A program made the translations under genes and the position numbers. From Camelus ferus (taxonomy: Eukaryota), in assembly GCF_009834535.1 (NCBI RefSeq), contig NC_045696.1, forward strand, positions 4,838,001 to 4,902,000: DNA of 64,000 nt, given 5' to 3'. Under the pieces are notes generated by a model. It worked only from the letters and a program-made list of their open reading frames with translations. It did not search any database and was not told the origin of the DNA. Positions 50,200-62,239 of this stretch are shown here, piece by piece (position 1 is the stretch's first letter; every line of letters starts with the position of its first letter).

Positions 50200-51784
50200 A
50201 ACTGACCTTAAGATCAGTCTCTATAGTTTTCTTTTTAAGTAGCCAAATGTGATTTCCCCCAAATCCTGAAAGAGCCTGCAAAATTTTTATTTTGTCTTGA
50301 AATATAAGAAGCGTGCATTTCAGTCTTATCTCCATACTATATTTCTGCTTATTTTAGCAAAACAACCGGCATTTAAGCAAGAAATGGTTGGAGAAATGTG
50401 TTTTGTCTATGAGATGGAAATTTAACAAGCATCTGTTAAACATGAAGAACCTACAGGTGCAGGGCACTGCTTTGTGTGTCTCTACAAATAATTACAAGGC
50501 TTCCCCCTCCTTAGTTGATGAAGCGCACACAGACAGTTGAAGACATAATCTCAGGCTGAACGTGGTGGGTCTAGAGATTGATGGAGACCAAGAAGTTGGG
50601 ACAGAGAATAGGGAAGAGGAAGAAGTCAGCTCTGAATGAGGGTGGCTGAGGAGACTCCCAGAGGAAACAGGGAAGTGGAAGGGAACCCATGCTTGAAGTT
50701 TAGGTAGGAATTTAAGAGTTACATCAAAGATACAAGTCCAGAAAAAGAGAATAACCTCAGTGTCCAGCCAGAGCAGGACTCTTCAGGTTATACGTGAGCT
50801 AGAGTGTGTGGGTCTCCTTGTTGAACTAAGATGTTTGTGTGCCAGAGAGACTGTGGCATCTGGATGGTGAATGCCTCTTGTGCCAGTTTCAAGAGTTTGA
50901 ACACAATTCTTTGTGTAGAAGGTCTCAGACTTTTTTCCATCTAAAAAAGGAAAATCTGAGTTATCAAAGACACACATATTGCTAATAAAAGTGTGTAGTA
51001 TTGTATAACTTAAATACACACAGTTTTTATTTGTCAATTATACCTCAGTAAAGCTGGGGAAAAGTGGACAGTATGACAGATGCGTAACACAGTTGTGCCC
51101 TGCTGGAGGTGGGGGGTGAGGTGGAGGCGTGCATGGGGATCATGGTGGGGTGAGAATAGAGAAAGGAAGTGGCCCACTGAGTGTGAGAAGGCCTCCCGAG
51201 TGCGTCTCACCTGCTCACTAGGGAGCATCTGTGAAGGGTGCCCCTTGGTGACTTCTTAGCCATTATTGGAAGGTGGGACATGGGCTGGTATGCAGATCGG
51301 AGCTCATTTCTTTCTCTGGGTCCTGGGCTGCCTCTCTGTCCAGGCCTGGGCCAGCTTCCTTGTCCTTCCAGGACTCGGGACCTCTGTTCTCGTAGTTACC
51401 ACTGCCTCCCAGTCACCACACCCACTACACTGTGCTCCTTACAAACTGGTCTACCTCCCCAGCGTCTTGCATGGTGACCATCTGCTGCTGGGAAGTCCTT
51501 TGGTTTCTCAACCATTTATTCAATTCTTACTCAGATATGTCTGGGACTTAGTATATTAATCCCACTTACAGTACAGGCTAACCACAGTGCTACCACTTCC
51601 TGGGGAATTCTATTAAGGAGGCCAAAGATGACACTACCTCTTGTATTCAGGCATGTACACTGCTATTTTGTACTAGAATTTGAGTCCATTTAAATTCCAT
51701 CTGTGTTTTCTTTTTTATAATAGCTATTATAAAATCATGTCTACCTCATTAAATTATATGCAAAGCCTTCAGTTAGAAAAATTT

Positions 51785-51878
51785 CTTTTTTAAAATTTTT
51801 ATTTTATTTTTTTGTTGATACATAGTCAGTTTACAATGTTGCTTCAATTTCTGGTGTACAGCATGATCTTTCAGTCAA
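51785..51878 (-). mobile_element. Short L1 3' terminal fragment
   Basis: T-tract then atagtcagtttacaatgttg..atttctggtgtacagcat, matching the 4570-4620 copy. Confidence 0.8.
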
Positions 51879-52519
51879 AACATCAACATTCTTAGATGAT
51901 AATTTTTAGTATTAATATTAATAAGTAAGTTTTATTGAGTGCCTAACATATGCAAAACATGTCCAAATCAAATTTTAGATAATTCTCTTTCTCCTGAGAA
52001 ATTTCTTCCTTCACTTTCACTAATCATACCTTGTATGTGTGGACTTGATTATGGGAAAAGTTTCCAGTGTGTGTCACAAGTCCGGCTATATGTAACTGTG
52101 GGTATATGTTACTGAGGGCGAGAAAGTATCCCCTCAGTCCCTCGTGAATACTTACATGCTGAATGAAGCTGGACTGTTAAATATCTCTTTCCTCTTTTCT
52201 CCCATTTCTTGACAAATCTCTTTAGCTTTAAGGCCTGATGGTTTACCTGGTGGTTTACAGAACACTTTGTAGCCTTAGGCAGGTTTGTGTTGGCAGGCGA
52301 GTAACTTCTTCCAGATCTTCTCTGCACCTTGATTATAATAACCTGTGGTTTTCAAGACATGCCTATGTTGCTGACTGGGTAAGTGTATTTCAAACCACGG
52401 TTGCAACCCATTGTTGGATATGAAATAAATGTGGTGTTTCCAGACAAGCATTAAATAAAAAGATATAGAAAAGGATGGGCTAGAACTCTCTGAATGCATC
52501 TCATGTAAAAGCAGTAGAT

Positions 52520-53775
52520 TATTTATGGACATTTTGCATCCCCACAAGTAACATACAAGAGGTTGGTTACCTCACTTCCTCACCAACAGCTTTTCATTCT
52601 TGCTGTTCTAGGAACTGTGCAGTAGTATCTAATTGTGATTTCATTTTGTATTAATGATATTAATCACTTCACTCGTGGTCATTCATATATCTTCTTTGAT
52701 GCAGTGTCTCTTTAAATATTTTGGACATTTTTTATTGGGATATTTATCATCTTACTATTGAATTCTAAGAATTCTTCATATATTCTAATACAAGTCTTTC
52801 ATCAGAAATAAAAAATGCTTTGTGAATATTTTCTCTCAATCTGCAATGAAACTTTTCATTTTTAATAGTGATTTTGGAAGAACAAGTGTATTTAATTGTA
52901 ATGAAATTTGTTTTATCAAATTTTTCAGTTTTATGGTTTCTTTTGCATCTTTAATAAAACGTCTTTGCCTAAGTCACTTTAATAACTTCAGTGTTTTCTT
53001 CTAGAAGTGTTATAGCTATAGTTATAGCTTCCATTTAGGTCTGTGATCCACTGTGTAAACTTTTGTGTATGGTCTGAAGGAATAATTAAGGCCCATATTT
53101 GGCATATGGATGTCTAAGTTATCTTGCAAACTTTTCTTTCCCATTGAATTACCTAGGAACATCAGTCAAAAATCAGTTGGCCATGTTTGTCAGTTGTTCT
53201 GGACTCCATTCAGTTCTATTGACCTGTATTTTTTTATGCTGGTAATACACCATCTTGTTGCATAACTCTATAATTAGTCTAAAACCAAGTAGTTGCATGG
53301 GTGGGGTGGCCTGGTGCTTTATCTAGTTGTGTAACTGGCAAGATGTTTATTGGAGATGGATGTCTTTGAGTCAGATGCCTTGACAATCAAAAGCTTAATG
53401 TCAGGCACTTAGGTTACAACAAAATTTTTTTTAAAAAACCCAATTGTCAGGTATTTGCACTGCACAATATCCTCCTCTTGTAAATTCTAGCTGCCTTGGC
53501 CTCTTCAAAACTGTGCTCTCAACTCAGAGGGGAGACCATTAGGCTTTGGGAGTCTCCTTCCCTGCACTGTGGCCAAGAACCTGTCTCCAGACAGTAGTCT
53601 AGGGAGATCACAGAGATATCTCATTTTTTTTCTCTCTCGGGGCTCATGGTCCTGTGCTCCCTCTTTTCCAATCCTGTAAACATTATTTTAAATATCTTGT
53701 TCATTTCTCAAGTGTTTAAGATGAGAGGCTAAATATGCACCCTGTTACTCCACCACGGCTGAAAGTGGAAGTGAC
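52520..53775 (-). mobile_element. Old L1M fragments (ORF2 3' part ~52520-53300; L1MC/MD-type 5' region ~53430-53775)
   Basis: agtagtatctaattgtgatttc, tacaagtctttcatcaga, tttaggtctgtgatcca; cctgttactcca..ggaagt terminus. Confidence 0.65.
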
Positions 53776-55169
53776 TGCTACATAACTGAACATCTAAAAA
53801 GTCCAAATAACTCTGTAGCGAAAATGCTAAAGCTCTCAATATTCAGGGACTGAAAGTATTGCCATTATTTACTGTGGAATTTTTATATGAATGAACATTT
53901 GGAAGTTGTATTTAAATCCACACTGAAGTACGTAAATTACTCTTTATGGTTACCATGTTTTTTCCTCCACGAGCATTAATACTGGGCCATGACACTGTTA
54001 TTCAAAGCAATAGTAAGTGATTTCTCAATAGAAAAAGATAACCACAAATCACTTAAAGATCTAGACAGGACGGAGGATAATATTCAAATTCCACCCATAA
54101 CTCATCAAAAATGGACTATTTTAAATTGCTACTTGATAGAGAACAAATGCCTCATTAATCAAAACCACATCATCCTAAGAACACAAGTTATGTCATTTAA
54201 AATCATGACTGACATCACAGGGCACTTGGCATACTGTGTTGCATGCATGAGTGGACACCTCGATTAGCCACCATTCTGCTTGTGTTACAGAAACGGGGTC
54301 CTGTGCACCCCTGTACATCCCCCAGGTGAATAAACAGACTCAGGGAAGGAAAATTCAGAGTCAGCCGATAGGCAAAACAAAGCCTACTAAGTTTCCATTT
54401 CCATAAATTGCTTAACTGCACCCTAGGGTACGAGAACCCTTCAGGGAGAGCTAATACCAATTTAAGACTGTTGAAGTTCTGTTGTTATGTCAGAACTAGA
54501 AGCTAGTCAGTTTTCAGGTTGTCACTGTCTCTCTTTAAATGGTCCCCAAAACTGAACGTGATGCCCCGAGGTGACCTCTTACCATCGTTCACTCAGCCCT
54601 GGAGCTTTTTCTGCCAAATACCTCATAACCAGCATTTTCTTTCATATTATTAATAAGTAGCTTTTACTGCTACTTAGTACAACCCCTGAAACCTCACAGT
54701 TCACACTTTATTCATTGTTTTTGATTCTGACTCCAGTCCATCTTACTAAGTTACATTAAATTCCACTTGTCTTAGAGTTTGCCATCCTACCCAGCCTATC
54801 TTGCACCTTCAAACTTAATACCCTTTCTTCTTTCTCACCATCGACATCTTTGACAAACATTGTCAGTGTTAGTTTGGAGTCTTTTATTATTTCTCTTATT
54901 TAACATATGCTTTATTAACACTTCTTTATTTCTTCATGATTTATTCTCATGTTGGACAGTCCATTGGCCTGGGACTCAATTGTCCCGTGTCCCTTAACAG
55001 TACGAGCCTACTTTCAGGCAAAGGTGGACAGCGTCTTTTGTTGCTGTTGTTGTTGTTAACAACTCGGTGGGCACAAACCCACCGAGGAGCCAGAGACCCT
55101 TGTAAAGAGCTGGATTCCTTTCATGGGACCCTTAAAAGACAGTATTGTGTGCCCTGCAGTGACTCACTA

Positions 55170-55790
55170 GTGTCTGGTTCCTACCCAGAAGGACTGTGTC
55201 GGTTATCAATAGGTGCTTAACAGGTTCGCCCTGTAACTTCACGCCTAAGATAAACGTTATTTTGTAGCTCGTGATCTTCTGGGACAGGGAGCTGAGCAGG
55301 GCACAGGAGGACTGCTTGTCTCTGCTCCTCATGGGGTCAACTGGACTCAAGGCTGAAGGCAGCCTTCCCACCAGTCTAGAGCCTCAGACAAGGCAACCCA
55401 GACAGCTGGGCCCTCTGATGCCTGGAGCCTTGCTTCTCCTTCATGTGACTTTTATCTTTACCTGGAGCATCTGGAGCTCCAGAGTCCCCCTTCCACATGA
55501 CCTCTTTCCATCAGGGTTGCTTAGACTCCCTCCTGTGGCTGCCGGATTCTACCTGAATCAAGTGAAGGCTACAGGACCTCTCAAGTGATGGCCCTGAACT
55601 CCCATTACATCACCTGCATGTCATTCTTTTGGTCAAAGCAAGTGACAGGACCATTCCCAGACTCATAGGTTGGGGGCATAGACTCTGCCCCTTGAATCTG
55701 GGATTCAAGGCAAAGTCACATCACAGGAGGAGTGTTGACACAGAGAGGCCTGATGTCCTGGGGACCACTTTTAACACATATCACTAAGGC
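55170..55790 (-). mobile_element. Old MaLR LTR (MLT1H/J-like)
   Basis: ggtcaaagcaagtgacagg..cccagactc..catagactctgccccttga..gcaaagtcacatcaca. Confidence 0.6.
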
Positions 55791-56777
55791 TTATCCCAAG
55801 ACTACACCAGGGACTCTAATTCTAGGTCATGATAAATAGCACAACTTCTAAATTTAAACATAACTGTTATACACGTACAGTCTCCGAAGGATAAAATGAT
55901 GAGATGGCTCCTCTGATCCCAGCCAGATGGGCTAAGAGCCCCTAGTATGCTTCCCAGAGTCCCCTGTGTCCAGTGCCCTGAGAATACAAGTGTCACTCAG
56001 TAGGAAATTAGACTTTTTACTCGACTGTCCCTCCTACTAGACTCTCAGTTCCTGGGGCCCAGGGATGCTCTCCTTTGTACATCTCCCACACTTGGCGTGT
56101 CTCCTATTGTATAGGAGCTATATGTTCACTGAATGAAAATAAATAACTCAACTTTAATAATATGTATTTTGTGTGGAACTAAATTAAAATTCTTACTGCC
56201 CCCAGATTAGATGATTTTTCCATATCTTCCAGAGCCTAGATCTTCTCTGTGTCGTAATCTAACATATGAATAAAAGCAGTGTTTCAAAGGCAGTGAAGAT
56301 TTTGTTCTGTTTCCCCCATGGCACATAGAGAGCTTCTTGTATCCTCCTATGACTAAGGTTTTTGCAAGGCTCCTCTTGATCTAAGTAACAGTCGGAGCTA
56401 AAATAGCATTCCGTTCAACGGTTTTATTCTGCCACATAAAATAAGTATGATTGTGTGGACCGGTTATGCCTGCAGACCTCATGAATGTGGTCATTGTAGG
56501 AGAGAGGACCCATTCATTGAATCAAAATGGAAATTAGTACAAAGAAAACAACGCCAGGCAAACAAATTGAAGAGCCTTTCTTAGACAGTGACAAAACGAT
56601 AAGCCCCAGTCCAGGGAAGACCACATCTTCCTCTGAGCATCCTTCTATTCCGGCCTTGGGCATGCAGCCTGGTGCCGATTTGCTGAATGGAGTTAAGGCA
56701 ACAGTAGAACTTTCTAAAGAGAATATCTAAAAGTCGAATTCTTCTGCATGTTTATTCATTTAAATGAAGTTCAAATG

Positions 56778-56865
56778 GATAACTCAACTATTAAGCCGTA
56801 CACCAGAAACTGACACAATGTTGTAAACTGACTATACTTCAATTAAAAAAAAAACAGTAAAAAAT
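56778..56865 (+). mobile_element. Short L1 3' terminal fragment
   Basis: gtacaccagaaactgacacaatgttgtaaactgactatacttcaattaaaaa; flanks tgaagttcaa/tgaagtacaa. Confidence 0.8.
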
Positions 56866-57400
56866 ACTGAAGTACAACTCATACAGCAGATTTCTAGACA
56901 CACAGAAAATGTGTGATGTCTGCTATATTGAAGAAGCACCTTGTTTCCAAGGAAACACTCTTATCCTCATGCTCAATCTTCGGTCTCCAGTCCTCAAGAC
57001 ACCACGTGAGCACACAGGTGTCCCTGACTAGTCGAGAGGCTGGATCTTAGGAGCTCATTTGCAAAATTTTATCTAATGTCTCAAACTTCCTTTGAAATCT
57101 TTGCTTTAACAGATCTCCAGCCTTCCCTTTGTTCACAGAATCTGAAAGATTATGGTAAATGCAGTGTCTGAATCCTTTCCCTTTTGCCATTCATGTACAT
57201 TTCCAGAACATTTTTGCAAATGTAAAGTGTTTCACAGCAGTTTTTTCTTTAAGCCAGAGATGAATCCCTTTGAAATTAACTCTCAGTGAGACAGTTGTCA
57301 AGGTACATATGTGAACTTGTATTCACAAAAAATCAGAAAGAGGTAAGAGAGAGGTCTAAGAGGAAATCAGCCTGAGAAACTGAAGTTCATCTCGGAGCTT

Positions 57401-57766
57401 TATCATACACTGAAGGTTTGTGTCTCCCCAAAATTCATATGATGAAACCTAACCCCAATGTGATAGTACTTGAAGGTGGAGCCTTTAGGAGGTGATTAAT
57501 TCATAAGGGGAGGGGAGCCTTTTAAATGGGATCAGTGACATTTTGAAAAAGACTCCAGGGAGCTCCCTGCTCCTTCCACCCTGTGAAATCACAGGAAGAA
57601 GGTAGCTGTCTCAGAACCAGGAATAAGGCCGACGCCAGACACCAAATCTGTAGGTGCCTTGATCTTGGACTTCTGGCCCCTAGACCTGTGAGAAATAAGT
57701 TTATGTTGTTTATAAGCCACCCAGTGTATGCTAGTTTTGTTCTGGCAGCCTGAGCGGACCAAGGCA
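57401..57766 (+). mobile_element. MaLR solo LTR (MLT1A0-like)
   Basis: tttgtgtctccccaaaattcatatg..ccccaatgtgat..ccttgatcttggacttc..gtgagaaataa..tttataagccacccagt. Confidence 0.9.
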
Positions 57767-59685
57767 CTAGGGAGTTAAATCAGACCATCTATGCTCTGGT
57801 GTTACTTGGCACATTGATTATCAGGGAGTTTAATGAGTGGTCGTCCTGATGATGATGATGATGGTTAATTACATGAAAACAGAAATGCCTGAATTTCATA
57901 CTCTTTTCTAAGATGTTGTATTAGTCAGTTTTTCTGAGCACTTAAATGGAAAATGTTCAAGAGCACATCCAATACTCAGGCTGCGTTAAAGAGCATGATG
58001 CCTTTACCAGCTTTCAAGTCTAGGGCCCCTACCAACGTGACAGGCCCCAGGGGATTTTGCCTGATTTTTGTGATTGGTATCATGGACAGCATCTGGGATG
58101 CTCGTAAGAGCAGAAGTGCATGCACGCATGCGTTTGTGTCCCCGTGTGCATGCTGTGCGCATGTGTGCACACTGATGATAATGATGCTTCAGTATCACCG
58201 CAGGAAGTGGACGTCACGGTAGAAGGCGAATGACACCTGGAGTGCTCCCCTGTTGTCTTGCAGGCAGCCTTCTCTTGTCTCCAGCTGCAAGCGTATTAAC
58301 CACATCAAACTGGCAAACCACCCGTGTAAGAACAAGGGTGTCTAGGGCACCGTTTGGTAAACTACACATCTGATTTTTAAGGTGTGTAATTCCAGGGAAA
58401 ATTGCAGTGAACTTCATCTTTAATCTATTGTTTGGGAAATATGTAGATTTACTAATCACTTATACTTAAAAATTTGTTACAATGTTATGTTAATGTATAA
58501 ATGCACATTCTCTATTGGGTATCCTAGTTCACTGATACAGTTTCCTTTTTGGTATTTTAAGGGATCATCGGTAATATCTAACGGTGACTTTTATAGATAC
58601 CTCTGTTCTGATCATTTCCTTGTTGATGCATGTTGTGTGTAAGGTATGTGCTTGATGGAAAGACTATGATGAGCACATTATAGGAAGTGCATTTATTCAG
58701 AGGCTGTTGGAGGGGACGGATAGATGATTAAACTGGACTGTGATAAGGAAGTGGAGAAGGAGGGAGAGAGAGGCATGAGATGTCTTCTAAATTTTCTCCA
58801 ATGTGTTCATTCATTTTTTCTCAACTTGTCTCTCTCAGGGGATGTAAAGAGATGATTTATTGCTGGCTGCTATATTACTCTGACTTTTAGTATTTAATTA
58901 AAATCAAGTCTTAAAGTTTTGCTTTTCAACAGGGAAAAAAAAAGTTAGTGTAGTATGGACCTGTTTTCCTAAAATTAAAATCCAAATATATGTATTAGAA
59001 TTCACTGCATTTAGAGCTTCCCCCCCTTAAGAAATAGTTATTAAAAACAAAGGGACAAAGATGATGTCAATTTTGAGATAGTTCCATTTTTTATCTCAGA
59101 GCCTGCCTGACCTCAGGTAAAGAAAAACAGTATCATTTGGAAATATACAGATATTTTATTCTCTTTGGAAAAATAGTCTTTCTTCCATTTAGAAATTGTT
59201 TCATATTTAAGCTCTTAAGAAGTTTTCTTCTTCTCAAAGCAGATACTTGTCATCATAATCTGAGATACCTAAAATCACTTCCTAGGAATCAAATATCATC
59301 TGTCCTTGAAAGAATAAAATTTGCATAACTATTTAGAAATCATAATGGTTCCCTACTTGGGAGTTTAAAAAGGTGAACCATTCAGTTCTTTCCCAGCACT
59401 GCTCTGCTCTGTCTGTTTGAAATACTGCTCACAAGCTGAACAGCCTCTGTAGAAAGAACCAGGAGAGCCAGCAAAACTGGCCCTCAGTAGGTCACCAGGT
59501 GAGCATTCTCCAGAGATGGAGAGGGGACAAGTTTAGGAGGCAGAGCCTTAGGAAGTGCTGGACTTCACTCGCTGCACATGGCCCCAAGGGAGCATGGCTG
59601 GGACAGCACCATCATGTCTAGTCTTTCATCCTTTCTAAACGTAATATGATCAAAAACGCACACTTTGAATCATAATGCCAAAGAG

Positions 59686-61004
59686 CAGCAATTCTTCATA
59701 TGTGACCTTGGACCCCTGAGTGTCTCCAAGACACTTGTCTGGATCTGCAACGTCAAAAGTATTTTCAAAACAATGCTAATGTTCTGTTTGCCTTCTTCAC
59801 TGTTTTGATATTTGCCGTGATGGGTAAAACTGCTGATGGCTCAGCACAGATCAAGGGCTGGGATCCAGCTGTTCTCAGATTGTGTAAGTCTTGTACTAGA
59901 TATTCTTCCCTGCACACACTCATAGAAAAAAGAAGGAATATCCCTTATGCAGCCATAAAGTGTTAATTTTATTAAATCTCAACCCTTGAGTTCATGACCT
60001 TTAATTTTGTGAAGGGCTGGGAGGTTTGCATAAAGTACTTCGGCAACACACACTAGTAGGGAGTTACCTCAAGGAGAAACGAGCTGAATTCCGGGATTTT
60101 TTTCATGGAACAGCCCTTTTACTTAAAAGAGAAATGGATGGGAAAACGATGATTATTCAGACTATAGATACTTAGAAGACCGTTTCTTAAAAAGGAGCCG
60201 AGGTGAGCCTGTCACGTCAAGGCGAGTTGCCGACAGTATTAGTTCAATGGTGTAATTTAAACATTTGAGCAAAAATTAAAACTCTGAAAAATTTCTATCT
60301 ACCATGGTGTGCTTCCCCATGACAGCTTCCCAGTATTTAAAGATTTTTCTGATGAGATCAGTGATGATATTCACAGTTATTATTTTTCGATATTGGATAT
60401 TGAAATGTGTCAACATTTAGGAGATCTATATAATTCACTGATCCAATACTCTATAAATGACTAATGCATGATATCACAACAGTCATGCACCAGTTATACA
60501 TCTGTTCACAGTTTAAGCAGAACTTTGAGCAGTGAATTTTACTGTAACAGAGTATGAAAAGATCACTGCAACTAACCTTTAAGAAACTACCAAAGACTAT
60601 CAATAATTATCTGCGAAAGCTATTAAAACACTCCTCCCTTTTCTCACTACATCTGTGTGAAGCCATTTTGTCTTGATATCCCTCCACCAAAACAACACAT
60701 CCCAAGAGCCTATGAAGACAGAGATTGCAAAGATTTATAAAAATGGAAAAATGGAAACAGTGTCACTCTTTTCACCATTTTTTGTTTTAAAATTGTAGTT
60801 ATTTTCCATTAAAAATGTTTATTTATGTTAACATGTAGCCAGTTACTGCTTCATTCCTTAAAATAATTAATAAATATATATTTCAAAATCTTCTGAAATT
60901 TCTGCCACACTAAATTAGAACAGCTATCCAAGGCTCTTTGAGGTCCTCCATAATCTGTATGAGTGTAAAAAGGGGTCCAGAGATTTAAAAATTTGAGACC
61001 TGCT
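59686..61004. mobile_element. Charlie1a-like hAT DNA transposon derivative (~1.3 kb)
   Basis: cagcaattcttc..ggacccctg..tcaaaagtattttc start; gtgagcctgtcac, aactaacctttaagaaactacc, aagctattaaaacactcctccc; end ggggtccagaga..tttgagacctgct. Confidence 0.8.
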
Positions 61005-61878
61005 ACAGTAAGGCCTTGGAGGAGGCGCCTCTGGAATGGAGGGAAACAAGTGACACTGGGGACCACTCACCCCACTGTGCCTGCCTCCATCACAGCAGAT
61101 TGGTGACTGTTGTTCATCTGGGATTCTGTGTAAAATCCCATTGGAAGAATCCATTCCACATCAATGTAAAATTTAGAAATACATTCCTGGAGCAGAGGAG
61201 TTCAGAGACAGAAAATAAACCATTACGTTTCACTTGCCATGTCAGACAAAAAACACACATGTAATTGTTTCCCCTACCTTTTAACAGTGTAAGATTCATG
61301 GGAGTCAATGTCTGTAACACACTTAGAACATTCTTACCACTGCTAAGTTCGTATAAGTGCTTGTTAAGTAAAAATAAGTGCATAAACAACCACGAATGAT
61401 GACATATTTGCAGGTCCCATTGCTAGGCAGGTACCCAGGTTGATGTGACTTGAGCCCAGAGATCCAGGATGTTTGTCCAACTCAGGTTCAGGGAGGACCC
61501 CTTTAGATTTCTGAATTCCATTGGGTAGGTATTCTCTTTAAATGTCCCACTTCTCGAACATAGCGAAATGTAAAGATTATAAAAGGCTAGTCTGATCAAA
61601 TAGCAGGCACATAAGGAATTAAGGACCCTGATCTGCAGTTTAAGCGGATGGTTTCCCTCAAGAGCTCTAAGCATGTTTAGAAATTAAAAGTGACCCAGCT
61701 TCCAATACAGAAACCCCCTTCCTGCCTACACCCCCCAAAGCAATGTGAAATACCTGTTTGTCAGTAGGATCTTTGGCCTCCCATTTGGCTGAATCATTCA
61801 TTCCTCAAACAATGAGTGTTTACTCAAGAGATACAAAGAAAACAACACTGCATTTTCTTATACGAAACTCCTCATCTC

Positions 61879-62239
61879 TGTTGAGTCTGTTTCTGTTTTG
61901 TAGGTAAGTTCATTTGTGTCCTTTTTTTTTAGAGTCCACATGTAAGTGATACCATATGGCATTTTTCTTTCTCTTTCTGGCTAACTTCACTTAGAATGAC
62001 GATCTCCAGGTCCAGACACAAAGAACAAACTTACAGTTACCAGGGGGTAAAGGAGGTGGGAAGGGATAAACTGAGAACTCGAAAATTGCACCTCTTGACG
62101 AGGGATGAAAATGTTCTCTATCTTGATTGTGGTGGTGGTTTCATGGCTGTATACATCTATCAAAATTCATCAAACTGTACATCTGAAATATGTGTAGTTT
62201 ACAGTACAGGAACCACACCACAATAAAGGTGTTAAAAAA
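61879..62239 (+). mobile_element. 5'-inverted (twin-primed) L1 3' fragment fused to an older L1M 3' end
   Basis: Antisense L1 61879-62013, sense L1 62013-62090, L1M-type tail with AATAAA 62222-62227 and poly-A; TSD aaactcct(ca/ag)tctc at 61865-61878 and 62240-62253. Confidence 0.8.

Noticed and set aside
52315..52378. 64-nt exon candidate (cttcttccag...TGG|GTAAGT)
   Set aside because: One open frame, but no recognisable protein and no partner exons
56527..56730. 67-aa ATG ORF (also 30494-30991, 41090-41587, 43594-44091, 53989-54267)
   Set aside because: No recognisable domain or retrocopy hallmarks; some overlap repeats or GC-rich patches; consistent with chance ORFs
59100..59116. 17-nt microexon candidate (tctcag|agcctgcctgacctcag|gtaaag)
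   Set aside because: Length is not a multiple of 3 and the donor is weak; expected by chance
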